Shown here: in pieces, positions 1 to 9,302 of the stretch
Layout of the letters: the number at the start of each line of letters is the position of its first letter
How positions within the stretch are numbered: the first letter of the stretch is position 1
From: Bispira polyomma
Taxonomy: Eukaryota
NCBI GenBank assembly: GCA_965649765.1
Contig: OZ287751.1
Span: 42,904,001-42,968,000 of the forward strand
DNA: 64,000 nt
Direction: 5' to 3'
Translations under genes and position numbers: made by a program
The notes under the pieces: model-generated
Databases searched by the model: none
Told to the model about the DNA's origin: nothing
The model's input: only the letters and a program-made list of their open reading frames with translations

Positions 1-204
1 ATTAGTTTTAGAAGGAAATTGGTGATATGTATTACATATATCATCTATACAATGACGGCCACTGGAGAATGTATTATCAAATTTCTGTACTACAATCTTG
101 TAAAAAATGCAAGAAGGAAGAGGACGGCATGCTTAATGATTAATTTTTTATTTATACAAATTGAATTTAGGGAAGGAATGGCCTTTCCCTGAAAGATTAT
201 AATT

Positions 205-715
205 ATAAAACGTTATGACAGTATGTACGCTTTTGCATAGTGTTCTCTTCCAGGTGCTCTGAATCATGGTTACAATGCCCCTTATTTAAAAACCTACAGG
301 GGACTGCCGGTTTATTATTTCCTGTGACATTTTTCTTAATAAGCATTTTGAGTTGGATGGATGGTTCGCTGGGTATACCTAGCCCTGAGAGAATTAACGG
401 TTGGCAAATCATCCCATATCATTTTTCCCCTTTCCATTTCCAATAACAAAATTTTGTAGGCTAATGTTGCTGTGAACCAGCTTGTTTCTTGTGCATCCTA
501 GAAAAGCGATTGGGAGTACTGTAACATGTTTTTTCTAATTTTGTGACTGGGTTTGTCCAAGACACATCCTATAAAACCTTGATAAAATTAAATACTAGTA
601 AGGTCATCATAAGCAATGTTTGAGCGATCAGTACCATGACAAAACTTATGAGGCCAATTGACTTCGAATTTTGCATGGTTATTACCTGAGAGCAAACCTG
701 ACTTAAATTAAGTAA
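205..715 (-). mobile_element. Decayed gag-like ORF1 of a tyrosine-recombinase retrotransposon (DIRS/Ngaro-like)
   Basis: Manual minus-strand translation across stops gives KSGLLSGNNHAKFEVNWPHKFCHGTDRSNIAYDDLTSI*FYQGFIG...MLQYSQSLF*DAQETSWFTATLAYKILLLEMERGKMIWDDLPTVNSLRARYTQR, followed by a PCRFLNKGHCNHDSEH Cys/His knuckle. The WPH...YDxL...ERG..W.D pattern plus knuckle resembles invertebrate DIRS/Ngaro ORF1. In-frame stops are present. Confidence 0.55.
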
Positions 716-1809
716 TTGACATTTGTCTTGTTCATCTAAATATTGAAATTGTCTGTCTACACGTCTCTGTAACTGAGCATTAGTTTTTAAGAAGTGTATG
801 ACCAGAGTCAACTACACATGGCTGTTTAGCCGGTTCCTGGTTAAGTTGAAGCTACCACGGGCCTACTAGGGGATCTAGATTTTTATCGTTCTAAGTCTCT
901 GTTCTCTGGTCATCCAGACTACTCAGGTGCAACAATATAGCATCTAATTTTTTACCCACTTCTAATTGTTCCTCAGCATCAGGGCCGGGAACATCAGAGT
1001 AAGTCAGTCTTGTACATCTGGGTGGTGTCTTCTGTCATACTGGCTGTGTTGTCACTGTGAGCGTCAGTTGTAGCAGTTTCTCCCCACAGGTCTCTAGTGC
1101 TTGGTACCGCACGTACAGCAAAATGCAACGTTTTTAGCAGCTCTAGGTGGCTGTCCTCACATTACTTTAAAAAATTTGTGTCAATGCACTTTCAAAAACC
1201 TGAGCTGATAGTGTGGTAACACGGTACTTCCCCATTTCTGGCACAACGAGGCTAAGGTGATTTTGCATTGTTGTCTCGGTCAATTATTGGTACATGGGTC
1301 AATCATTCATGACACAGTCTCTTTAGACACATAGACTACCTTAGAATCGCCCAGCTGACTGATTCTAACTCCTGTACAAACTAGGAGAATTACTGACTTG
1401 TACTAATATAACAACTCAATCAATATCATTTTCCTGCAAAAGGGATTCTACCCACCAATACTTATAGATATGCAAGACAGCTCTACACTGAGTGTACTTG
1501 AAACATGACGGTTTATCACCAGTACCAACTATAAATATCACTCTGCTTGAAAGAGATCCCAATGTGAGGTTGTGTCAGCCATCACTTAAATAAAAGCATC
1601 AGCATTGGTATCAAATATAAAACTGAAGTTTGACACAAGATTCCCAGTACATATACACAAGCCCTGTTTTGGCTAAAGATCTGTGAGTTATATTATTTAA
1701 TTGAACTATAGCTTAAATTAAATAGCTGTCCAATTCAGACAGTTCACTCTCAACCTTTTTACACCTATTTTGAAGCTGCTACTATAAACCTGTAGCACAC
1801 GCTGAAACA

Positions 1810-2465
1810 CTAATCTGCTGCCCATATGGCCAGACCACACACAATTATATTAAAAGAGGCACATTTTCTTGATACACAATTGGAAGAAGGGATTGGACAT
1901 GGAAGAACAGAAGAAGTGATTTCAATCACAGAGGAATATCTATCGCAAGCTGACCATCAGCCAGGCGACACCTGAGTTGACAGAGGCAGCACTGGGTGAA
2001 GAACACCTTTGACTTTTGAAACCTCACATCATACGACATGCCTTAAGAACATCTGGCTTTAGACCCGTCGCATCCGCCTCTTTGTTCGTGGCTATAGGAA
2101 AATCACTAACTCCCGTGGGGGTTTCCCAGTCAGACACAGACCAGGGCCAACCAGATAAACCCACATTTGTACCTCAACAGCAATCACCACAGTACTTGTA
2201 CCAGCAACCCAAGCAACCCGAGCAAATAGTGTGACGACCTATTCAGCCCTCACCTGTCAGGCCACAGTCAACAGTCCAAGTGCCACACACTGCATCGTCT
2301 ATTATAACATCTGGAAGTGCCGTAGCCAGCACCAGCTACCAGTACACAAACCCAGCGTCAGTGGAAGGAGTATCAGACATACTAAAGGCCTCGACAGCCT
2401 CACCTCTCCTCAGAGGTTTTGAGTCAGTGACTGACAGTCTCAGCTACCAGAACATAGACACTTAA
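1810..2465 (+). mobile_element. Decayed Myb/MADF-like DNA-binding ORF of a PIF/Harbinger transposon
   Basis: Frameshifted translation near 1918-2040 reads FQSQRNIYRKLTISQATPELTE(R)QHWVKNTFDF(L)KPHIIRH, followed by a Q/P/S/T-rich tail. It lies convergent with a Harbinger-like transposase fragment. Confidence 0.5.
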
Positions 2466-2689
2466 TCCAGATGCACCGCAAACAGATTCCACCCTGAACA
2501 CTCCAACCAAAGTCATACCAAGTACTCAGCCATGAGACAGCACCGGCAGCTGCACTACAACCACTGACATGTAGACGGCAGCATCTTCTCCTTCATCAGT
2601 CCCAGTGGGGACACCAAAAGGTCCTTTTCAGGGTCACCCAAAACATCCAAAAACAATGTTTGAGCTGTTGTTGAAAAAAAATGATAAAA

Positions 2690-3200
2690 ACCCCATCTCT
2701 GTATTCTGTGCCCCACCTGCCTCTCCATCTCCTGGAATCCGTCAGGGGGGCATCCTGAGGAAGTGTAGTGTCCACGTTCTGCCCTTTCCCTGAGCCATGG
2801 CTTGATCCTAAACCTTGGCCTTGCGCTTCGTCTTCTGGCCACCTGAGAGGGGCCGCGGTGGCCTAGTGGTTAGCAAGCATTGCACTTCACAATCCCTGGT
2901 CTCTCACCTCTGGGGGGTGTGAGTTCGAATCCTGTCAATGCCTATGTGGGAAAGGTGGTAGTTTCTTACTGTGGGCCGCAGGTTTCAGTGCAGAACCTTG
3001 ATCAACTGTATGCAGTGTTTCCTCCAGCGTTTCCAACTACCCATCACAATATAACCTAAACAGGTACTAGAGTGGACGTTAAATATCCCATTTCAATTCT
3101 GGCCACCTGAGCCTGAGGCTTATGCTTCCCTCACCTCAGCCTGAGGCTTGTGCTTCCCTCTGCCTTTTAATTGTCTTATCCTGCCTTCAATGTCCATAAT
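2690..3200 (-). mobile_element. PIF/Harbinger transposase N-terminal relic, interrupted by a SINE
   Basis: RRRSARPRFRIKPWLRERAERGHY then, frameshifted, FLRMPPDGFQEMERQVGHRIQR. These match the R-rich..PWL..R...G.Y and FLRM....F..L motifs of Harbinger/HARBI1-type transposase N-termini. No catalytic region is seen. Confidence 0.55.
2848..3096 (+). mobile_element. tRNA-derived SINE (3' half resembles MetaSINE-type cores) with 15-bp target-site duplication
   Basis: Pol III A box TGGCCTAGTGG (2859-2869) and B box AGTTCGAATCC (2922-2932). 3' part reads GTTTCCTCC...ACAATATAACC...AGTGGACGTTAAA. Perfect flanking direct repeat TTCTGGCCACCTGAG at 2833-2847 and 3097-3111. Confidence 0.85.
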
Positions 3201-3599
3201 AACCATCAGTTGTGCTTGCATGTAGAAAATTACAGCCCTAAGTCCATTTTCTGGATTTATCATTCTTAGTGGAATCATGTTGATCACTTGACTTATGAAT
3301 TGAAACTGTCTGGATTCAATTTGAACCCTCGTTTAGCGTTTGATGTAAACGGTACCCGCCGATTGGTATTACTAAGATTTTGATCTAGATCAGCCGTTCT
3401 ATTGCCAACTTATCTAAGTGTCCAATGACTGGATCATAACGCAATTACGACCTGTTTTTTGGATCATAAGCAATTTTGATTTATCTTTAGCAATCAGGTA
3501 TGTCGGAAGCCAAAAAATGTAATCCTGATGACTAATTGTGCCGATCGATCGTAATGCTAAAGACCTATCGGGGAGGTCGGAGGATTCCAACAACTTATC

Positions 3600-3757
3600 T
3601 TTACCAATAGAATAATTGATAAGCAACAGCCAAGTCGCAAGGATGAATGCGTCAGCGTCCAGGGAGAGGACTACAGAGGATAGGCGAGCCTGAAGAGATA
3701 GGTTTTAAGCTTTTTCCTAAATCCAGAAAGTGTTTCAAACATTTAAATTTCTTTGGG
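3600..3757 (-). mobile_element. 3' end of ORF2 and start of 3' UTR of a CR1/L2-group LINE
   Basis: Minus strand 3757-3671 translates PKEI*MFETLSGFRKKLKTYLFRLAYPL*, the typical F(K/R)xxLKTxLF C-terminus of L2/CR1-group ORF2. Confidence 0.7.
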
Positions 3758-3763
3758 TTTGGG

Positions 3764-3994
3764 AAATTAATGTAATAAATAAATATATTAACATTCTAGT
3801 CTAACAACTTAGATTTTGTACAGTTAACAGTACTAAAATATTTTTAAAATAAAAATTCCCAAAGTTGTTAATTATTGTTGTCTTTTGTTATATGGTTATA
3901 TCACAAATAAACAATCAATATTACTAATTAAGACCATCCTCACTAGCTAACTTCATAAGGTTGAATTCCAAAAGCATATTTGGTTGTAGACTGT
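3764..3994. repeat. ~220-bp AT-rich direct repeat, copy 1
   Basis: AAATTAATGTAATAAATAAA...GTTGAATTCCAAAAGCATATT..TAGACTGT recurs with scattered substitutions at 4585-4808. Confidence 0.9.
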
Positions 3995-4584
3995 GTTTGT
4001 GGTTAAAACCGTTTGTCAGTAGAAAACAAATATTTAGTTTAATGTGGCCTTATAGTTGAATTAGGAAAGTGTGGCCTAAAACCATGTGCAGACTTAGAGT
4101 AGTTCAGTGGTAAAATGTGTGAAGTGTACAGCAAGTATAGAATGTTAACGTGGTGAAATGTGATTGGTGGAAAGGGGTCAGGGGTTTTCCTTGGGCAACA
4201 CTGCACAATATCAGTTCAGTGTGGGTTTGAACTTCCAAAAGAAAGCGTCTACAAATTCCCCACCCTCCCACAACCATTGATATTAACAGTTGTTGCACTT
4301 TGTTTTTGAGGTCATCTACACTTCTATCTCTAGAATCTCATGGAATATATCTTGCTGGAATTACAATGCATCGACTTGGAACAGTTCATCTTTATATGCT
4401 TCATGTGCTCAGGAATTTCACTTATCTCTGGATCAGGATTATCTCTGGATCAGGATGGTTATTTATAAAGAACTGATGAAGAACTATATATAATGCTCAA
4501 CTATAGACATAGCTTGGCCTTTTACTATTTTAGTAAAAAGCTTCTTTTAATTATTTTAATAATCTTTTAGTACCCTGACATGGT

Positions 4585-4808
4585 AAATTAATGTAATAAA
4601 TAAATGTATTAACATTCCAGTCTGACTACTAAGATTTTGTACAGTTAACAGTACTAAAGTATTTTTAAAATAAAAATTTCTAAAGTTGTTAATTATTGCT
4701 GTCTTTTGTTATATGGTAATATCACCAATAAACAATCGATATTACTAGTTAACACCATCCACACTAGCTAACTTCATTAAGTTGAATTCCAAAAGCATAT
4801 TAGACTGT
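4585..4808. repeat. ~220-bp AT-rich direct repeat, copy 2
   Basis: Diverged direct copy of 3764-3994. Confidence 0.9.
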
Positions 4809-4814
4809 ACACTG

Positions 4815-6323
4815 TTCTTCTTGTTGCCAATTCGGATGAATCTTTTTCTGGGTTTAATTTAAGTTTGGAGTAGTTCATCCACGCCTAAACTGAGTAGAGA
4901 CAGCCTTCAAGTAAGTCAAGTTGTTTCTGGCATTATGAGGGTTAAGTGAGAGATAGATTTGAGTGTCATAAGCATACATGTGATGTTTAACATTGTAATT
5001 ATTGATGACTGCACTGAGAGGATGAGTATAGAGGGTAAAAATTAGACGGTCGAGAACTGACCCCTGGGTTACTCCAAAAGGTAGGTTAAAAAAGGATGAA
5101 AAATTGTCACCCAATTTGATTTTTCGGCATCTAAGAGCAAGGTACGACTTAATCTAGTCAAGAAAAGTACCATCAATACCTAACCACTGTTTTAGGGTGT
5201 CAAAGAGTAAGCCATGGTCGATGGTATCAAAATCTGAGGAGAGATCGAGAAGGGTGAGGGCAACAGTTTCATTACAATCCAAGGCAAGGTTAATGTCATG
5301 ACTGATTGAGAGTGGAGCACTCTCCGTGGAGTGAAATTTTCTGTAGACAGATTGGTGGGAGTTAGCAAGGTTTTGTTTATTAAGGTGGTCATGAATTTCT
5401 TTATCAACAGCTTTCTCAATAACTTTAGATACAAAGCTGAGGTTAGAGACTGGTCTATAATTTTTTAGCCCATTTTTGTCAAGGCCTGGTTTTTTTAGCA
5501 AGGGGCTGACATATGCAAGTTGACGCTTATGCCTTTTAGCTTTGTTGATGTCTGGGTTGGTCCATTCATGGGGATCAGAAAGTGGGAGGGTTTTAGAAAC
5601 CCAAGGAGCATGACTGTTAAGGATAGAGGACAAGGTATGGTTATATTGTAGACTGAGACTATTTTCATTTTTACAAGGGTGTTTTATGCGGCGAGAAGCA
5701 AGTATGTCATCCCAAAATTTAAGAATGTTAATTTTTCTGATGTTGGTGAATTTTAATTACCTTAGGTTTGTGTGACAATGGTTAAGGCAGCACAAGATGT
5801 GCAAAAATGGCAAGATGCTCAAACACCTCCATACATTCTGTATCAGCTTGGAATCAGGTCGAGCAATGATCAGGTCGAGAATGTGGTTGTGGAGATGAGT
5901 GGGACTAGAAATAAACTGTTTGAATTTAAAAATATTCAATAGGCTGTAGAAATCTTCGGTTGTCGTGTTTTTGATGTCAACTTTGATGTCGAAGTCACCA
6001 AGTACAATAGATTCCAATGGGAGGAGGTTAATTGATTCAAGGAAACCAGAAAAATCTTGATGAAAGGCCGATAAAGAAGGGCTCGATGGACGATAGAGGA
6101 AGGAAACTAGAAATAATTAAGATCCATTTGAAATTTTACAGGTAATACATTCAAAAGATGGGGAGTCATCAATATTGAGAATTTCACTTGAAAGAGTACT
6201 CTTGACAAAGATAGCAACACCACCCCCTCGCTTGACAGGCCTTGGGGAGTGGTGCGATCTATAACCTGAAGGTGTGATGTCAGGATTGATTGCAGAAGTA
6301 TCCTTGGGGCTGAGCCAGGTATC
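4815..6323 (-). mobile_element. Decayed CR1/L2-group LINE ORF2 (APE endonuclease + reverse transcriptase), 5'-truncated and internally deleted
   Basis: EN motifs DTWL..PSGY..HSPR..RGGGVA, IVLGDFDI, SPTHLHNHILDLII. RT motifs PLLKKPGLD..LKNYRPVSNLSFVSKVIEK, LLDLSSDFDTIDH, GVTQGSVL..LIFTLY, HMYAYDTQIY (degenerate YADD), WMNYSKLKLNPEK. Many stops and frameshifts. Confidence 0.9.
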
Positions 6324-7177
6324 AGCTACTTGGTGTGTTACACAGATAGGGCTGAAGCACAACCTGTGAGTTTATACATATCAATAAAGACACAACCAGT
6401 ATGATTTTACAACAATATAATAGCCACTTTTTTTGTAATTCCTCCCACCTAATTGTTTCTTTGATAATTTTTATATCACCTGCCTCACCCACCAGCTGTG
6501 ATACTTTCTTTTCACACCGGTAAAGTTATGTACTTACTGCAGTCATGTCATACAATATTGTTTGTTTTTTATTCTTTCTATATAATTCCAGCAGATACCT
6601 GCCTTGGATATATTTCTGCAGAATTATTAATCAACAATGTTTTCTTTATAAAGACCACATCATTAACTGTACAAAATGATGCTTTTCCCTTACAAATTTT
6701 GTGGCACCTTTGTTAAACTCACATACTTGATAGATTATATATATCGTGTATAAACTAACATACAGTATTTACATATTATATATATCACTTACAAAATCAT
6801 ATTTTGTGTCCTCTTATTGAATGATGGTTATACACAGGTTTACACAACATGTCTTTTTGGCATATTTAGAGAGATTTCAGGAAAAAAAAAATAATATTAG
6901 CTGGCCAAGGGATGAAAAAAAATTAGTATTTATAGAGGTGGTCTATTAACACAATTAATAAATAGTTAAATGTGTCTGAAAAAAGATTTCTCAGATTAGA
7001 ATTGTGTACTTTGAGTGTGTCTAAAATATATATTAATTATATTAGAATTGTGTATTTTGAGTGGTCTTTGTTGTTAAAATATTTTTATGAAGCCAAAAAA
7101 AAAAAAAGACTTAATATTTGATATGACATATACTCATAGATTTACACTATAAAATGATTACACTTGATAGAAAGGAA

Positions 7178-7217
7178 TTCTCTCTGTAGAAAGATGAGGT
7201 TGGTCCTGAAAAGGACC
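7178..7217 (-). terminator. Histone mRNA 3' stem-loop and histone downstream element (copy 1; same position in all 27 copies)
   Basis: Sense strand AAA-GGTCCT-TTTC-AGGACC-AACC (stem-loop 7217-7202) fits the 6-bp stem/4-nt loop SLBP consensus. Purine-rich ACAGAGAGAA lies ~15 nt downstream (7187-7178). Confidence 0.93.
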
Positions 7218-7266
7218 TTTAATTTTAGTCACATGGACAAAACTCCAGCAGTGGCACTGTGGTGGT

Positions 7267-7830
7267 TTATTTCTTAGCCTTCTTTGGCTTTGCTGCTCGT
7301 TTAGCCTTTGGTTTCTTAGGCTTGGCCTTCCTTGCAGTCTTTTTGGCTGCCTTTGGTTTCCTCGATTTCTTGGCCTTACTCTTCTTAGCAGCAGCTTTCT
7401 TGGCCTTGGGTTTCTTAGCCTTCTTGACTTTCTTTGCCTTCTTGACTTTCTTCGCTTTCTTCTTCTTTTGCTTTTTGGTCTTTTTCTTTCTTGGAGCTTT
7501 AGGTACTTTTCCAACACGGAACCTTCCAGAGGCACCAGTTCCAGATGCTTGCTTAAACACACCAGTGGTCACCCCTCTTTTCAGGCTCATCTTGATGTGT
7601 GGTGTTAACCTGTTCATGTCCACCCTGTTGTTGCCAGCAATGTGCTTTTTGATGGCAGCCAGTGAAGTTCCTTTGCGATCTTTGGAAGCTCTTAGAGCAG
7701 TTAAAATCATGGCCTGTACAGGAGGATGGGTGGCAGCCTTCTTTGGCTTCCTTGCCCTCTTCTTAGGAGAAGCAGCCCTCTTTGCAGGAGATCCCGACTT
7801 AGCAGGTGATCCAGACCTTGATGCAGCCAT
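7267..7830 (-). CDS. H1: Histone H1, sperm-type-like, copy 1 (187 aa, A48)
   Basis: SPAK/SPAK/SPKK N-tail; globular domain HPPVQAMI..KDRKGTSLAAIKKHI..VFKQASGTGASGRFRVG; K/A/P-rich tail; TATA upstream, stem-loop downstream. Confidence 0.96.
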   Translation of the reverse strand: MAASRSGSPAKSGSPAKRAASPKKRARKPKKAATHPPVQAMILTALRASKDRKGTSLAAIKKHIAGNNRVDMNRLTPHIKMSLKRGVTTGVFKQASGTGASGRFRVGKVPKAPRKKKTKKQKKKKAKKVKKAKKVKKAKKPKAKKAAAKKSKAKKSRKPKAAKKTARKAKPKKPKAKRAAKPKKAKK

Positions 7831-7855
7831 TGTTATCTCTCTCAGTGGTTACAGA

Positions 7856-7985
7856 GAAATGAATCACTTGTTAATTAGAACTCACGTCTTTTATAATGAA
7901 ATTTCGGACGTCAAAGAAAGCCCCACAGACGTGACGTGATTCTTGTGTGTCTGGTTTGACAGGGGCTCTGAAATTTGTGTTAATA
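7856..7985 (-). promoter_or_regulatory. H1 proximal promoter (copy 1; repeated in each unit): initiator, TATA, CRE-like cluster, H1-box-like element
   Basis: Sense strand: GATTCATTTC initiator-like (7865-7856), TATAAAA (7895-7889), TGACGTCC (7913-7906), TAACACA (7982-7976; one mismatch to the H1 box AAACACA). TGACGTGA reads on the + strand at 7932-7939. Confidence 0.75.
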
Positions 7986-9302
7986 AGTCACAGGAATTTG
8001 TCTAATTTACTGGAGTAATTGATACATTCATTGAAATTTTTTCACAGAATCAATTTCTTACATATTCATCAGTCATATTCAATGTGTATTTGAAAAGTTA
8101 AGGTGTCTATTATTGCCAAAGTTCACTGAAAATGCATTTTCACTGCATGTGTGTAATGATTAAAAAATTAAGTATTTTTTTCAAATTACCTCCAATATAC
8201 CCTTTTAGTCATATTAAAGTAGCAATTTACACATATATATATTATAGATTACATGTTTTCCTTGCATAATACTGTAAGAATTGGTCATTTAGTCTAATTG
8301 GAGGTGAATAACTGTGCATATGAAGTGGAGTCAGAAACACAAATTCTAATCTAGCAACAAGCTACTTGGTGTGTTACACAGATAGGGCTGAAGCACAACC
8401 TGTGAGTTTATACATATCAATAAAGACACAACCAGTACGATTTTACAACAATATAATAGCCACTTTTTTCGTAATTCCTCCCACCTAATTGTTTCTTTGA
8501 TAATTTTTATATCACCTGCCTCACCCACCAGCTGTGATACTTTCTTTTCACACAGGTAAAGTTATGTACTTACTGCAGTCATGTCATACAATATTGTTTG
8601 TTTTTTATTCTTTCTATATAATTCCAGCAGATACCTGCCTTGGATATATTTCTGCAGAATTATTAATCAACAATGTTTTCTTTATAAAGACCACATCATT
8701 AACTGTACAAAATGATGCTTTTCCCTTACAAATTTTGTGGCACCTTTGTTAAACTCACATACTTGATAGATTATACATATCGTGTATAAACTAACATACA
8801 GTATTTACATATTATATATATCACTTACAAAATCATATTTTGTGTCCTCTTATTAAATGATGGTTATACACAGGTTTACACAACATGTCTTTTTGGCATA
8901 TTTAGAGAGATTTCAGGAAAAAAAAAATAATATTAGCTGGCCAAGGGATGAAAAAAAATTAGTATTTATAGAGGTGGTCTATTAACACAATTAATAAATA
9001 GTTAAATGTGTCTGAAAAAAGATTTCTCAGATTAGAATTGTGTACTTTGAGTGTGTCTAAAATATATATTAATTATATTAGAATTGTGTATTTTGAGTGG
9101 TCTTTGTTGTTAAAATATTTTTATGAAGCCAAAAAAAAAAAAAGACTTAATATTTGATATGACATATACTCATAGATTTACACTATAAAATGATTACACT
9201 TGATAGAAAGGAATTCTCTCTGTAGAAAGATGAGGTTGGTCCTGAAAAGGACCTTTAATTTTAGTCACATGGACAAAACTCCAGCAGTGGCACTGTGGTG
9301 GT

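Noticed and set aside
2848-2935. Functional tRNA gene
   Set aside because: A and B boxes are present, but no proper cloverleaf/acceptor stem is evident. It continues into a SINE body flanked by a TSD.
4422-4455. 17-bp tandem duplication TTATCTCTGGATCAGGA x2
   Set aside because: Ordinary local slippage duplication with no evident function.
6498-6716. 72-aa + strand spacer ORF repeated in every unit
   Set aside because: GTG start, no recognisable domain, AT-rich. Its recurrence only reflects array homogeneity.
6880-7107. Unit-to-unit length differences in the poly(A) runs
   Set aside because: Homopolymer length is unreliable in assemblies, so it was not used as evidence of structure.
7266-7271. 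AATAAA poly(A) signal suggesting dual 3' processing
   Set aside because: It is just the last Lys codon plus the TAA stop and lies upstream of the stem-loop. The next sense AATAAA noticed is ~630 nt downstream in AT-rich spacer, so there is no good support.
7259-7939. 223-232 aa hydrophobic (F/L/A-rich) + strand ORF in the units, resembling a membrane protein
   Set aside because: Exact antisense shadow of the Lys/Ala codons of H1 (AAG/AAA read as CTT/TTT). GTG start, and no promoter or processing signals on that strand.
8346-8528. 60-aa minus-strand spacer ORF (MGEAGDIK...)
   Set aside because: Non-ATG start and broken in several units by a T6/T7 homopolymer change. It may be very old coding debris, but no family is recognisable.
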